The position numbers and the translations under genes are program-made. Under the pieces are notes generated by a model. It had not been told where the DNA came from. It saw only the letters and a program-made list of their open reading frames with translations, and did not search any database. Positions 47,345-57,579 of a stretch of 64,000 bases of DNA are shown here, one piece after another; within the stretch, counting starts at the first letter, position 1; the number at the start of each line of letters is the position of its first letter. The stretch covers positions 22,280-86,279 of the forward strand of contig JAYWCB010000005.1 of assembly GCA_043780835.1 (NCBI GenBank), read 5' to 3'. The DNA comes from Minisyncoccota bacterium (lineage in GTDB: Bacteria > Patescibacteriota > Minisyncoccia > Phycocordibacterales > UBA2100).

Positions 47345-47848
47345 ATGTCTAAATTGAAGAGTGAATTAGGATCCGCGATAGAGCGTGTGTTTTCGCTTCA
47401 AAAGCGGGGTACCGGCACGGAGATATTCGTTTTGCAGGGATGGAAAAAAAGTCCGCACACGTTCTATCTCGACGACGTGTACGATGTGTATCAGCGTTTG
47501 ACCGATTGGATCCGCAATGAGGAACAATTCGTGCTTTTTGCGGTCGCATCGCGTGCGAACGGGTTTCGTCGTAATTACCTGTTTATGCAAGACGGACATG
47601 AATACTGCGGACTGTTGTTTTCGCGATGGTACGGCAGCTTTATGTTTGTGTTCGGCATCGATGGGCGCCGAACTGCAGAGCTGTATTACATGGGAGTCAG
47701 CTACGCGTCGAATGAGTCGCAAATGGAAGATATAACGGCGTACTGCAGTCGTATGTCTACTGATTTTGCTGCGTTGATTGAGACCGAGTACTTTGATCTG
47801 CGAGACAGCATTGTCGGCAGATTCGGTATTCAAAAGGCGACTCTTTGA
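47345..47848 (+). CDS. hypothetical protein
   Basis: GGAGG RBS; 167-aa ORF; hairpin overlapping the stop codon. Confidence 0.65.
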   Translation: MSKLKSELGSAIERVFSLQKRGTGTEIFVLQGWKKSPHTFYLDDVYDVYQRLTDWIRNEEQFVLFAVASRANGFRRNYLFMQDGHEYCGLLFSRWYGSFMFVFGIDGRRTAELYYMGVSYASNESQMEDITAYCSRMSTDFAALIETEYFDLRDSIVGRFGIQKATL

Positions 47849-47922
47849 GTCGCCTTTTTCGTTTTGTGGACATCATGCATTCGTATGATAGAAATTGCCA
47901 AGGCCCACACAAGGAGACACAC

Positions 47923-48327
47923 ATGAGTGACTTGATAGTAGCTCACGCAAGGCCTCGCGTAGATTTCAGTTCGCCATGCTTCCATCGCGAAGCGGTCGCA
48001 TTGCAGCATCGGTACGCAACGATTGGTCGCTCTCTCACGAAGCGCACGCTGCGCTCCGCGCTCAAAACCATCCCCGGGCATCTGGATTGGATAGAGTCAC
48101 CGCTTACTGACGGTTACATGCCATACGGCATCGTCTACTTCAAGACGAAGCGAGCGAAAATCGCGATCGTATTTCCGCAGTGTTTCGATGATTCTGGTGA
48201 AGACGGGACCGAAACCGATCGATCGCTCACGATACATTTTATCGGCGACGTGGTCGTTGATCATATGGTTTCGCTCACGAACTCGCTGTTGTTTGTTCTC
48301 GCGCAGCAGCCGCTCCGGAATCGATAA
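47923..48327 (+). CDS. hypothetical protein
   Basis: AAGGAG RBS before ATG 47923; TATGAT upstream. Confidence 0.65.
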   Translation: MSDLIVAHARPRVDFSSPCFHREAVALQHRYATIGRSLTKRTLRSALKTIPGHLDWIESPLTDGYMPYGIVYFKTKRAKIAIVFPQCFDDSGEDGTETDRSLTIHFIGDVVVDHMVSLTNSLLFVLAQQPLRNR

Positions 48328-48477
48328 CCGATTGAAGATTACGAACCGTGCGAGTGTGCGGCGTCAACATAATCAGTTGATCAAAAACATGAGAAAGCTG
48401 GGCGCACCTGCCCAGCTTTTGTTTTGGCAGAGCTGTGCTTTGATTGTGGTAGTGCAACGAGAAACCGGGAGGATGCC

Positions 48478-48753
48478 ATGGTAGGTGCTCAGCTAGCAGT
48501 CATGATGCCCAGTGATCGCGCTCGCGCATGTTCGCTCTACGACAGAATAGAATCTGCGCTTGCAGAATCGAGGGCGTGCGACGATACCGTATGCGAGGCG
48601 CTCAAGAGGGTTCGCGGCGTAATGCACATGGACTTCAAAGAGCTCAGGGTTCTCCGGAGCTTCGTTATCGAAGACGACCTCGATTTCCGGATTTGGCACG
48701 TACGCGTGCGCTATCCTGACGACCGAATCGTCGACATCACACACGAGTCCTGA
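48478..48753 (+). CDS. hypothetical protein
   Basis: GGGAGG RBS before ATG 48478. Confidence 0.6.
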   Translation: MVGAQLAVMMPSDRARACSLYDRIESALAESRACDDTVCEALKRVRGVMHMDFKELRVLRSFVIEDDLDFRIWHVRVRYPDDRIVDITHES

Positions 48754-48967
48754 GGATTCGTAACCCTAGTCAGCCGGACGAGTTTACTCGCCCGGCTTTT
48801 GACATAACTTTCCTCACTTTCGCTTTTGGAATCCGGCCGAGGCATAATGGCCGTACCTATGGCAAGCGACTCCGTACAGCACCACATGAGTATTTCCATT
48901 TTTCTAAGGCGGGGTACCGGCAAGAAAAATTGGTCACAGATCAAAGACCGCAACCTCACAAATTGAT

Positions 48968-50671
48968 ATGGCAAATGACACCGTTCAACAAATTAAAGAT
49001 CGTTTGTCGATTGTCGACGTGGTTTCGCAGTATGTGAAATTGGAACGCGCGGGTGGGAGTCTGCGTGCACGGTGTCCATTCCACGCGGAGCGCACACCGA
49101 GCTTCCACGTATCCCCAGATCGCGGCACGTATCACTGCTTCGGGTGCGGTGTGGGCGGTGATATATTTTCCTTTGTCGAAGCAATCGAGGGATTAGATTT
49201 CAAGGGAGCGCTCAAAGTACTCGCAGAAAAAGCGGGTGTTGAGCTCTCCTACGAAAAACCGGAGCAGCGCGATGCGCGCGATCGATTGTTTGAGCTACTC
49301 GAAGTGGCAACAATTTTCTATTCGTCGCGCTTGAATGATGCTGCGAATGCGTATCTAAAAGATCGCGGCATATCCGAAACAATCGTGTGCTCTTTTCGCG
49401 TAGGGTGGGCGGGGGATTCGTGGAGCGAAGCGTCGGAATATTTTAAAAGCAAAAAGTTTTCGGACAACGAAATTATTGAAGCGGGGCTCGCAAAAAAGAA
49501 TGAGCGCGGTGGACTGAGTGATAAATTTCGAAACCGCATCATGTTTCCTATCGGTGACCCTGCAGGGCGTGTCGTCGGCTTTTCCGGACGCAGCTTCGGC
49601 GAAAAGGCGTCGCCCGAGGCACCGAAATATCTCAACAGTCCGGAAACGCCGCTCTTTCATAAGTCGCGCATTCTGTATGGTTTCGACAAAGCAAAGCAAT
49701 CGATCCGAAAACACAATTTTGCCATCCTCGTAGAAGGTCAGATGGACCTCTTGGCATCGCACGAAGCCGGGTGGGGTAATACGGTGGCTGTGTCGGGTAC
49801 CGCTTTCACTCCTGAACATGTGACATTGGTGATGCGCATGACAGAAAATCTCGTACTCGCGCTCGATGGTGATCAGGCAGGAATCAAAGCCGCGGGGAAG
49901 GCGGCGCGCGCGGCACTCCAAGGGGGAATGAATGTAAAAGTTGCGCAGTTACCGACAGGAAGCGATCCTGCCGAGTTAATATTGAAAGACGGAGTAGAGG
50001 CATGGCGCGCTGCCATTCGAGACAGTAAGGACATCATTACGTTCTTGCTCGATGTGCTCTATGCGCATGCGCCGGAACGAGATAAATTTCGCCGCAATGT
50101 GGAGGCGGTGGTGCTTCCGTTTTTGGCCGACGTGCAAAGTCCGATTGCACGAGAACAATATGTGCGTGAGATCGCACGACGCCTTAATGTGTCAGAGGGT
50201 GCAGTGATGGAAACATTCAGCAATGTGCCGCGAGCACGTGCACCTGAGCAACCGCAGACGGTGATCGCGCCGCAAGAAAGAAATTTTGCTACAGACAAAG
50301 TGCGTCAAGCGTATGCGCTTTTGATCTGGCAGGAGAGTATGCCGGTCTCAGCTATCGATAGCGCTCAGTTTGAAAAAAGTTTACGCGAAGCAATCGGCGA
50401 CGCCGCATTTGAACAGTTGCGTGCAGCGCCATTGAGTGATCAAGAGGCGTTGCGATTTTTAGCAAGCGATATGTTTAAAAACGTGCAAACACTTGAGCAA
50501 GAGGCGCGCGATATGTCGAACAGTTTGTTGAAGGGTCGTTTACACATTGAAATTACGGCGCTTACCGAGGCAATTCGCGATGCAGAAATGCGCCAAGACA
50601 CCGACGCACTCGACAAAGCATTTGAATCGCTAAACGCATTGCGTGCAAGGCTTGCGCAAATTTCCGGGTAG
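48968..50671 (+). CDS. dnaG: DNA primase
   Basis: CPFHAERTPSF...CFGC, RNRIMFPI, KYLNSPET, VEGQMD, LDGDQAG. Confidence 0.97.
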   Translation: MANDTVQQIKDRLSIVDVVSQYVKLERAGGSLRARCPFHAERTPSFHVSPDRGTYHCFGCGVGGDIFSFVEAIEGLDFKGALKVLAEKAGVELSYEKPEQRDARDRLFELLEVATIFYSSRLNDAANAYLKDRGISETIVCSFRVGWAGDSWSEASEYFKSKKFSDNEIIEAGLAKKNERGGLSDKFRNRIMFPIGDPAGRVVGFSGRSFGEKASPEAPKYLNSPETPLFHKSRILYGFDKAKQSIRKHNFAILVEGQMDLLASHEAGWGNTVAVSGTAFTPEHVTLVMRMTENLVLALDGDQAGIKAAGKAARAALQGGMNVKVAQLPTGSDPAELILKDGVEAWRAAIRDSKDIITFLLDVLYAHAPERDKFRRNVEAVVLPFLADVQSPIAREQYVREIARRLNVSEGAVMETFSNVPRARAPEQPQTVIAPQERNFATDKVRQAYALLIWQESMPVSAIDSAQFEKSLREAIGDAAFEQLRAAPLSDQEALRFLASDMFKNVQTLEQEARDMSNSLLKGRLHIEITALTEAIRDAEMRQDTDALDKAFESLNALRARLAQISG

Positions 50672-50832
50672 GAGTAAGATATCTCTGTTAGGCACTAGGT
50701 AGGTAAGTACATAAGGCCTAGCCATATTGAAAAGGCAGCTTCCAGAAATTGGGGCTGTTTCGATACGTTTGTATATATAACGAGTGTTCATCCAATTTTC
50801 AGACAAATATTATAAATATAAGAAAAGTTCTC

Positions 50833-52155
50833 ATGGCAAAACAAAAAAAATCAGCCGCGAAAAAAACGAACAGCATTGTGAAAGCGCAGGCGCCTCGTGC
50901 GGCAAGCGTTGCCCGTGCAAAGAAGGCAGTGAAGCGCTCCGTAAAAACGAATCGCACAAGTGCAACATCGCGCGCAGGACGCACCGAAGCAAAACAGCAG
51001 CCCATGCAGAAAATTGAGATCAAGGGCGGTAAGGTAAAAAAACAGGTAATGGCTGGTGCCAAGCCGGGCATGACAAAGGGTAAGTCTGCCGACAAGGTGG
51101 AGGCTCTGATTAAGCTTGGCCGTGAGCGTGGCTACATCACATTCGACGAAATCCTTCGGGAGTTTCCGACCATCGAAGACAACATGACCTTGCTCGAAGA
51201 AATGTACGAGCGATTTGCAACTGCGGGCATCGATGTGCTCGAAGGTGGCGGCATGCTCGAAGACACGTCAGCGGATACCGTACTTGCTTCCAAGAAGCTT
51301 CAAAATCGCCGTTCAGATTCCAACTACGACTCGGTGCAAATGTATTTACGTGAAATCGGTCAGTATCCGCTTCTCAACGGCGAACAGGAAAAGGATCTCG
51401 CAAAGCGCATTTTGACCGGCGACGACGAAGCCCGCTCTATTTTGGCGCGCTCCAACCTTCGATTGGTTGTCTCTATTGCGAAGAAGTATGTAAACCGCAG
51501 TCCTGATTTGACCCTGCTTGATCTCATTCAGGAGGGTAATCTCGGCCTCTTTAAGGCGGTCGACAAATTCGACTACTCGAAGGGATTTAAATTCTCAACC
51601 TATGCCACCTGGTGGATTCGCCAGGCGATCACACGTGCGCTTGCCGACCAAAGTCGTACTATCCGTATTCCGGTGCACATGGTGGAAACCATCGCCAAAT
51701 ACAAGCAGAAGGTGCGCGAGCTCTCGCAGTATTTGGGCCGAGATCCGCTACCGGAGGAAATTGCCGCAGAAATGGGAATCGAAGTCGACAAGATTTACAC
51801 CATTCAGAAGATCAATCAGGACACCGTCTCATTGGAATCGCCGGTTGGAGAAGACGACGACGAGCGCTCAACACTCGGCTCGTTCATCGCCGACGACACG
51901 ATCGCAGCTCCAGATCAGGACGCATCGCGCCGAATCCTCTCAGAGCAGATGATGGGCATCCTCGACGAGCTTTCGCCGAAGGAGCGCAAGATCCTCGAAA
52001 TGCGCAACGGTCTGACCGACGACGGCATCTGCTACACACTCGAAGAGGTGGGCCGAGAGTTCGGCGTCACCCGTGAGCGCATCCGCCAGATCGAGGCCAA
52101 AGCCCTCGAGCGCATCCGCTTCCACGAACGAGCCAAACAATTGCGAAGCTATTAA
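50833..52155 (+). CDS. rpoD: primary RNA polymerase sigma factor with Lys/Ala-rich N-terminal extension
   Basis: [52 protein letters not shown]; downstream of dnaG. Confidence 0.95.
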   Translation: MAKQKKSAAKKTNSIVKAQAPRAASVARAKKAVKRSVKTNRTSATSRAGRTEAKQQPMQKIEIKGGKVKKQVMAGAKPGMTKGKSADKVEALIKLGRERGYITFDEILREFPTIEDNMTLLEEMYERFATAGIDVLEGGGMLEDTSADTVLASKKLQNRRSDSNYDSVQMYLREIGQYPLLNGEQEKDLAKRILTGDDEARSILARSNLRLVVSIAKKYVNRSPDLTLLDLIQEGNLGLFKAVDKFDYSKGFKFSTYATWWIRQAITRALADQSRTIRIPVHMVETIAKYKQKVRELSQYLGRDPLPEEIAAEMGIEVDKIYTIQKINQDTVSLESPVGEDDDERSTLGSFIADDTIAAPDQDASRRILSEQMMGILDELSPKERKILEMRNGLTDDGICYTLEEVGREFGVTRERIRQIEAKALERIRFHERAKQLRSY

Positions 52156-52160
52156 AAGAG

Positions 52161-52188
52161 AAAACGCCTCGGGAAACCGGGGCGTTTT
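52161..52188. terminator. intrinsic terminator
   Basis: AAAACGCCTCGG-GAAA-CCGGGGCGTTTT. Confidence 0.8.
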
Positions 52189-52210
52189 TATAGTTGTGCA
52201 ATAACTTTGG

Positions 52211-52543
52211 TTATTTGTTCATTTTTGTTCGCAAAGCAATTGCAGTAAGGAACATGGCCAGCTGTTCGCGTCTTATTTGGCCACTTTCTACCCGCCACTC
52301 TAGAGCATACGGGTAGAGGTCACCCGCCGGGACAACGTGACCCATTTTCCCAAGGTGTTGTTCCGACAGTCGTTGTATTGTTCTCGACGAAGGAAACTTC
52401 GTCTTTCGAGCCACCTCATCGGGAGGCATTTTAAAGTCCCTTCCATAAGGCACTACACGTATTTCCATTACCCTCGTTCGTTTTCTTGTAAACGTCGAGA
52501 GATTGAGTGAAATCGAATTGTGGACTGTTTCAAACTCGTTCAT
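52211..52543 (-). CDS. hypothetical protein
   Basis: GGAGG RBS before ATG 52543. Confidence 0.6.
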   Translation of the reverse strand: MNEFETVHNSISLNLSTFTRKRTRVMEIRVVPYGRDFKMPPDEVARKTKFPSSRTIQRLSEQHLGKMGHVVPAGDLYPYALEWRVESGQIRREQLAMFLTAIALRTKMNK

Positions 52544-52663
52544 CTGATAGCCTCCAAATATTGATTTTGCTTCCAATTTAATACTATATCAAGCTCATCT
52601 TGTCAAATCACTCACCTTGCACATGTTTACCGAAACGGCTGGGGTTCGGGCTACAATAGCCGC

Positions 52664-53107
52664 ATGGACGAACAATATATGGAAATGGCGATTGCTCAGG
52701 CTGAGGAGGCTAAGATGGATGGGGAGTGGCCGTTTGGGGCGGCGATTGTACGGGATGGCGAGGTGATTGCGCAGAACCGTTGTCGCGAAGCAAAAGAAAA
52801 GACAGTGCTGGCACATGCAGAACTGCACTCCGTAAACGACGCATGCAAAGCGCTTAGTACAAATAATCTGAGCGACTGTGTAATTTATTGTTCCAACGAA
52901 CCATGCCTTATGTGCGCAGCAGCGATCTTTCAGGCAAAGATTCCACGTGTCGTAATCGGTGCATCACGCAGCGATTTGCCCGAGCTATTACGTGAACGAC
53001 AATTCCGCATTGAACACTTGGCCGAAGATTCCGGATTCAATCCCGAGATTGTCCGTGGTGTTCTCAAAGACAAGGTAATTGCTTTATTTGCCGACATCAA
53101 AAAGTAA
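52664..53107 (+). CDS. TadA/guanine-deaminase-like nucleoside deaminase
   Basis: PFGAAIV, HAE, EPCLMC zinc-deaminase motifs. Confidence 0.88.
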   Translation: MDEQYMEMAIAQAEEAKMDGEWPFGAAIVRDGEVIAQNRCREAKEKTVLAHAELHSVNDACKALSTNNLSDCVIYCSNEPCLMCAAAIFQAKIPRVVIGASRSDLPELLRERQFRIEHLAEDSGFNPEIVRGVLKDKVIALFADIKK

Positions 53108-53110
53108 AAG

Positions 53111-53138
53111 AAAAAGGACGGTCCTTTTTCCAATAGGA
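53111..53138. repeat. REP-like palindrome AAAAAGGAC-G-GTCCTTTTT
   Basis: Perfect arms; related copies at 54987-55022. Confidence 0.7.
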
Positions 53139-53176
53139 AAACAAAAGCGGCCGGAAGCAGTGCTTCCGGCCGTTGA

Positions 53177-53314
53177 TCATTTTTTCCTGTAGATATACAG
53201 GACCGAGAGCGCGCTCGCGATCGCGAACAGGATTGTGGTGATGCCCGCCGATTTTAGGACTGTGTCGATGTCGGCATTACCGAGCCCGGCGACGTACAGG
53301 TGAATGTTGTGCAT
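53177..53314 (-). CDS. 45-aa membrane micro-protein, absent from the ORF track
   Basis: MHNIHLYVAGLGNADIDTVLKSAGITTILFAIASALSVLYIYRKK*; AGGA RBS; terminator hairpin downstream. Confidence 0.55.
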   Translation of the reverse strand: MHNIHLYVAGLGNADIDTVLKSAGITTILFAIASALSVLYIYRKK

Positions 53315-53322
53315 CGAGAATC

Positions 53323-53721
53323 CTAATTCGCGCGTGAGCGACGGGTGCTGAAGGTGCGGGTCTTCTTGGTGACTTTCGCATCTATCGTGGTTTCCGTGCC
53401 CGAAGAGGGATGCACAAGGTGGAACTTTGCGACCTTACGCAGCGAGGATTTCGAGTAGAAATCAGTGAGCAAAAATTCGAAACTTCTCACCGTATCCAAG
53501 TCGGAATCTAAGAACGCAACGAAACGCGTGCCCCGATATACGCCGTGCTGCATCCGCCCCTTGCACTCGATCATGCCGTCGCACAGCTCACTTTCAAACA
53601 TCAGCCGCTGGTCGTCGTTGTCGCCGTCGAATTCGAGTGCGGCATCCTGGATCACTAGCATTTGCTCCGGCGTTAATTGCTTGCCCGTCCAATTAATTAC
53701 GATAGCGCTCATCGGCACCAT
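53323..53721 (-). CDS. hypothetical protein
   Basis: GGGGA RBS before ATG 53721; basic tail. Confidence 0.6.
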   Translation of the reverse strand: MVPMSAIVINWTGKQLTPEQMLVIQDAALEFDGDNDDQRLMFESELCDGMIECKGRMQHGVYRGTRFVAFLDSDLDTVRSFEFLLTDFYSKSSLRKVAKFHLVHPSSGTETTIDAKVTKKTRTFSTRRSRAN

Positions 53722-53832
53722 GGCTTTCCCCCGTACTTTTATTGACCTGCGGGGCATCCTACGCCTCACTCTTACAAAAGCAAACGACCGGAATCCGCGA
53801 GGGGATTCCGGTCGTGAATGATCTACTCGAAG

Positions 53833-54042
53833 TTATTTACCGGATGCCATATAGCCTGTTTTCACTTCCATTTCTCCGCCGACCACTGCAGGAATCGACG
53901 AACGAGGGTAGCCATAGACTGGTCTGCGACCGGCAGCGAATTCGTCGGTCAACCAGCCTCTGATGAAAAGAGATGCGTGCTGTTTTTCGATTTCTGCGCT
54001 TTTCACGTTCTCAAAGTCAGTCATCAGGTTCTCCTTTTTCAA
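53833..54042 (-). CDS. small hypothetical protein
   Basis: Overlaps the upstream stop; AGGAG also precedes an internal ATG; hairpin downstream. Confidence 0.5.
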   Translation of the reverse strand: MKKENLMTDFENVKSAEIEKQHASLFIRGWLTDEFAAGRRPVYGYPRSSIPAVVGGEMEVKTGYMASGK

Positions 54043-54251
54043 GCGCGCGCGGGCTCGGTCAGCGAAAGAAACCAGGGCATCTTCTTGCGATCAACGCCGC
54101 AGCATAGCAATGCCTCCGTTGCATCGTGAATCATGATTGCGGCGCCGTGTGCAGTTTCAGCTTCAGGCGCGCTCCGGTTATTCCGCTGCAGTCCCACGGC
54201 AATACCGCGAGCTTTCTCGAGATTCTTACGAATTTCCATTGGACCGGTCAT
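54039..54251 (-). CDS. small hypothetical protein
   Basis: AGGGAG RBS. Confidence 0.5.
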   Translation of the reverse strand: MTGPMEIRKNLEKARGIAVGLQRNNRSAPEAETAHGAAIMIHDATEALLCCGVDRKKMPWFLSLTEPARA

Positions 54252-54370
54252 TGTCGTGCATCTCCCTGTTGAACCAAGAAAACTATGCCGTAACGGCGCA
54301 GAAAAGCAAAGCCAATTGTACTAGAGTCGAACTCTGGTACATTCCACTGAATCCACGGACTGAGGCGCGT

Positions 54371-54874
54371 CTATTTCTTTGTCTTTGACGGGCGAAGAAC
54401 TGCAAGGGTGTGCTTGGAGCGTTTGCCGGTGAGATGGTCTATGACTTTTGCGATGTTCTTGGTGCGAGTGGATTCTTGTTTGAGGCCGTTGAGATAGCGA
54501 TTGATTTCTTTTTGGCGGCTTGGCGCGAGTGCATTAAATGCGGCAATCGCGCGCGGATCGCGTGCGAGCACTTTTACAAATTCGGGATGGGGCAAGACCG
54601 TGCGGTCGCTCGGATCGTATTCGATCGTGATCGATGCAACATCGTTGTTCTTGAGCTTCGCTGCCTTCAGCATGGGGCCATTAATGTAGAGCCGCCAGTG
54701 ACCCGCAAACTTTACGAGTGTTTGTAGGTACTGCGCACCGTTGATCGTGCCCCTCACGGGGATAGGGCCCGAGCGCTTTTTTGCCTGGTTGAGAATATGA
54801 CCAATCACATCGTCCGGTGGTATAACGCAGGGGTTAATGCCAATCTTAAAAATCACCTGCGAAAACCATTTCAT
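54371..54874 (-). CDS. DUF1905 / YdeI-OmpD-associated family protein
   Basis: GPIPVRGTING, FNALAPSRQKEINRYL, TRTKNI patterns. Confidence 0.8.
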   Translation of the reverse strand: MKWFSQVIFKIGINPCVIPPDDVIGHILNQAKKRSGPIPVRGTINGAQYLQTLVKFAGHWRLYINGPMLKAAKLKNNDVASITIEYDPSDRTVLPHPEFVKVLARDPRAIAAFNALAPSRQKEINRYLNGLKQESTRTKNIAKVIDHLTGKRSKHTLAVLRPSKTKK

Positions 54875-54927
54875 CCGGGTATCCTATCAAAACAAAACGG
54901 CCTGGACGCTGACAGTTCTTTTGTGGG

Positions 54928-55022
54928 ATGTACTGAGGTTGGACCTCAGTACATAGCAAAACGGGAGTAAGGTTCGGCCGGATGTGAAAAAAGGACGGTC
55001 CTTTGGAAAAGGGCCGTCCTTT
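54928..55022. repeat. cluster of REP-like palindromes
   Basis: ATGTACTGAGGT-TGG-ACCTCAGTACAT (54928-54954) and AAAGGACGGTCCTTT-GGAA-AAGGGCCGTCCTTT (54990-55022). Confidence 0.75.
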
Positions 55023-55076
55023 CGGAATCGCGAAATGGTCGGATTAGGGAGGATTTGGTCGTGCTACCATTTTGTG

Positions 55077-55439
55077 ATGGGATTGGAATTCAGACATGAG
55101 AAACCAAAGCAGCCGACCCCGGAAATGATGCCGGAAAAAGTGGAGAAAATTGCGTCGGCTGCACTCAAAATAAAAGGCGAGTTATATGAGGGTCCGACAC
55201 ATGGTGATGCGTGGAATTCAGCGCTTATGAAGCATCCCGAATTTGATACCGGAAATGATCTTGAAATTGACGAAGGTTTTCTCACTTCACTCGGACGATT
55301 TGTTACCCGGGAAGAGGGTAAGGAAATTGCCGAAAAATCAGCGCAACTCCGAAAGCCCATTCATGACGGGCGAAATTGGCTCGACTCAAATGATGTCGTT
55401 GGTTTGGGCGACACATCGAGCCATTCCTCCACTTTATAG
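55077..55439 (+). CDS. hypothetical protein
   Basis: TACCAT 6 nt before ATG; H..A, EGFLTSLGRFVTREEG pattern. Confidence 0.7.
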   Translation: MGLEFRHEKPKQPTPEMMPEKVEKIASAALKIKGELYEGPTHGDAWNSALMKHPEFDTGNDLEIDEGFLTSLGRFVTREEGKEIAEKSAQLRKPIHDGRNWLDSNDVVGLGDTSSHSSTL

Positions 55440-55703
55440 TAAGAGAATTTGGTGCACGAAAGACATACCTATTAACGGTCCTATAGGATCGTTAATAGGT
55501 AATGATATTTATAGTAGTGTCTGGGAATTTGAAAGCTTCTATTGCGCAGTTGAGGGTGCGTGATATACCGAGTATATGAATCGCAGCGCACTTGTAGTCG
55601 TCCTCCTTCGAAGCCCGTGTGGCGGCCTTCGCTCCTGACGATTCAAAAGAATTGCCCGGAACAAAGCCCGTCACAAGCGGGCTTTGTTCTTTTAAAGGAG
55701 GCG

Positions 55704-55979
55704 ATGATGGAAGAAACGTATCTGCAATTTGTAGACAAGGGTCGATGGGCTATCGGTCGCGTAGTTAATGGAAAGTGGTTACGGCTTGTGCAAGACTCCC
55801 GACTTGATAATCCGGTCGACGCTGAACATGCGTTGCGTGCATGCACGTTGGCTGTGAATCACTCGAATTTCGACGAGTATTTTCCAATCCATCCCGTTCG
55901 CGGTCGGTGTCCGACGCTTGAGTTCTTGGAAATTTTTGCCCGCGTAGGCGAGAAAATCAAAAAAGAGGTTGGCGTGTGA
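55704..55979 (+). CDS. hypothetical protein
   Basis: AAGGAGG RBS before ATG 55704; hairpin at about 55988-56017. Confidence 0.65.
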   Translation: MMEETYLQFVDKGRWAIGRVVNGKWLRLVQDSRLDNPVDAEHALRACTLAVNHSNFDEYFPIHPVRGRCPTLEFLEIFARVGEKIKKEVGV

Positions 55980-56037
55980 CATAAGAAAGTGGCCGGAATC
56001 GAAAGATTCCGGCCACTATATTTTCCATTCACGGCGC

Positions 56038-56232
56038 TCATGATCGGTGTCTCTTTCTCGATAGTAATGTGAGCGCGACACCGGCTAAGCATACAGATCC
56101 GCCTGCGAACATGCCGATACCGATCGACGCTAATACGCCGACGGTCGTTGATGGATCGATGATCTCGATGGTTTTTGCCGCAGCCGCACTCGTTATCGCG
56201 AGGACAACGACGATCATTTCTGTGTATCTCAT
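56038..56232 (-). CDS. small two-TM membrane protein
   Basis: GGGAG RBS; hydrophobic with basic tail. Confidence 0.55.
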   Translation of the reverse strand: MRYTEMIVVVLAITSAAAAKTIEIIDPSTTVGVLASIGIGMFAGGSVCLAGVALTLLSRKRHRS

Positions 56233-56328
56233 GTGAGCTCTCCCAGATGAACCGTTTGCATGCTACTCCTACAGTCCCTAAAAGCAAACGGCCCGACGAT
56301 TTGTCGGGCCGAAGCGATATGTGTGATT

Positions 56329-56613
56329 TTACGCAGTGAGCTGCGTACTCGTGGAGTTTGAAGCCTCGTATGCCGCCTGACGGCGAACTTCGCGACGATA
56401 CGCAAATGCGTCGAGCGATTCGCGAATCGCCGTTGGAAGCATCATCAGTACAGCGATCAAGAGACCGGTAGCTACAGAGCCTAAGATCACGAGCGAAAGT
56501 GGGGCAGTGAATGTCCACGGAAATACAGCAACGGAAACCGAGGCCGTATTTTGAAGGGCAAAATCGACTGCTACCGCACCCACACAGATGCCTATAATGA
56601 GGAACAAAATCAT
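56329..56613 (-). CDS. LapA (DUF1049) family membrane protein
   Basis: FALQNT.V.V..F.W...PLSLVIL..G pattern followed by a charged helix. Confidence 0.8.
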   Translation of the reverse strand: MILFLIIGICVGAVAVDFALQNTASVSVAVFPWTFTAPLSLVILGSVATGLLIAVLMMLPTAIRESLDAFAYRREVRRQAAYEASNSTSTQLTA

Positions 56614-56775
56614 AGCTGTTGAATTGACTAGCTGATAAGCCTACTCTTTAGACGTCGCACCGTGTCGATTCTTCCATTGCAAAAATAAGAAAATATTGTC
56701 TAATTTAAACAAAACGACCGCCCAAGGGGACGGTCGAATACGCGTACGCAACAGAACTACAAAAGAACAAAAGGT

Positions 56776-56985
56776 TTACTCAGCAGGTTCAGATGTCTCC
56801 CGTTTCCGGTCGCCCAATATGATCAAAATGATCACGGCGATAAGAAAGAAACCGAACAGCGGTAGCAGCCAGTGCGGACCTATCCCAATCCGCATTGGTA
56901 GTGTTGAGTTAAAAAAGATCTCGAGCAATGCAACTGATATGAGAAATTGGAGTATTGCCGGAGTCTTTTTGATCTCAGAAAGCAT
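56776..56985 (-). CDS. small two-TM membrane protein
   Basis: AGGGG RBS; two hydrophobic segments. Confidence 0.55.
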   Translation of the reverse strand: MLSEIKKTPAILQFLISVALLEIFFNSTLPMRIGIGPHWLLPLFGFFLIAVIILIILGDRKRETSEPAE

Positions 56986-57129
56986 TCGCGCCCCTTTTTC
57001 ATTTCTAGTGAGAGTCGTGGCCCGTGGGGCCGTGGAGTATCCTAACCGATATTGGTGAGGATAAAAGGTATTCGGCCGGTATCGCTGTGGATACCGGCCG
57101 AAAGAAGAACATAGAAGAACGAAGAATAG

Positions 57130-57471
57130 TTAGTTGACGACCGGACGTATATCAGGGTGCTCGATGTGCGCGCGCATATTGAGCTTGATACAGATCCGGG
57201 TCGCACGTGCGCTACTACGGCATTTCATCGCGAGGCGATAGCGTCGTTCTACGAAGTGGCGCGTGGCTTCCTGAACCTCCGCATTGAAGAGCTCGACGAG
57301 AACACTGTTCGACACCCACGAGGTGTCATCTGCAACAAGTTGCTGAACTTCGTGCTTCATTTGGTTGAGCTCAGTAATCGCCTCAGTAATATCTGCACGC
57401 GAACGCATGCGCCGTATCTTTCGCCGAACGCGAAGGAGTCGCTGCTTCGCTGCAATGAGGAGAAGAAACAT
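57130..57471 (-). CDS. basic helical hypothetical protein
   Basis: AAGGA RBS before ATG 57471; the longer track ORF overlaps the helicase antisense. Confidence 0.55.
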   Translation of the reverse strand: MFLLLIAAKQRLLRVRRKIRRMRSRADITEAITELNQMKHEVQQLVADDTSWVSNSVLVELFNAEVQEATRHFVERRYRLAMKCRSSARATRICIKLNMRAHIEHPDIRPVVN

Positions 57472-57579
57472 TCCGAAATCCTTTTTTCCATTTTTACCGT
57501 TGCGTACCTTACCACGCGAAATGCGGCTGACAAGCGGCACGTCCTGGGGATTATCCCGCGGTGATATACTGTCGCTCTT

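Noticed and set aside
48847-48966. Short ORF upstream of dnaG
   Set aside because: Under 40 aa, no RBS or recognisable motif; more likely the dnaG promoter or leader region
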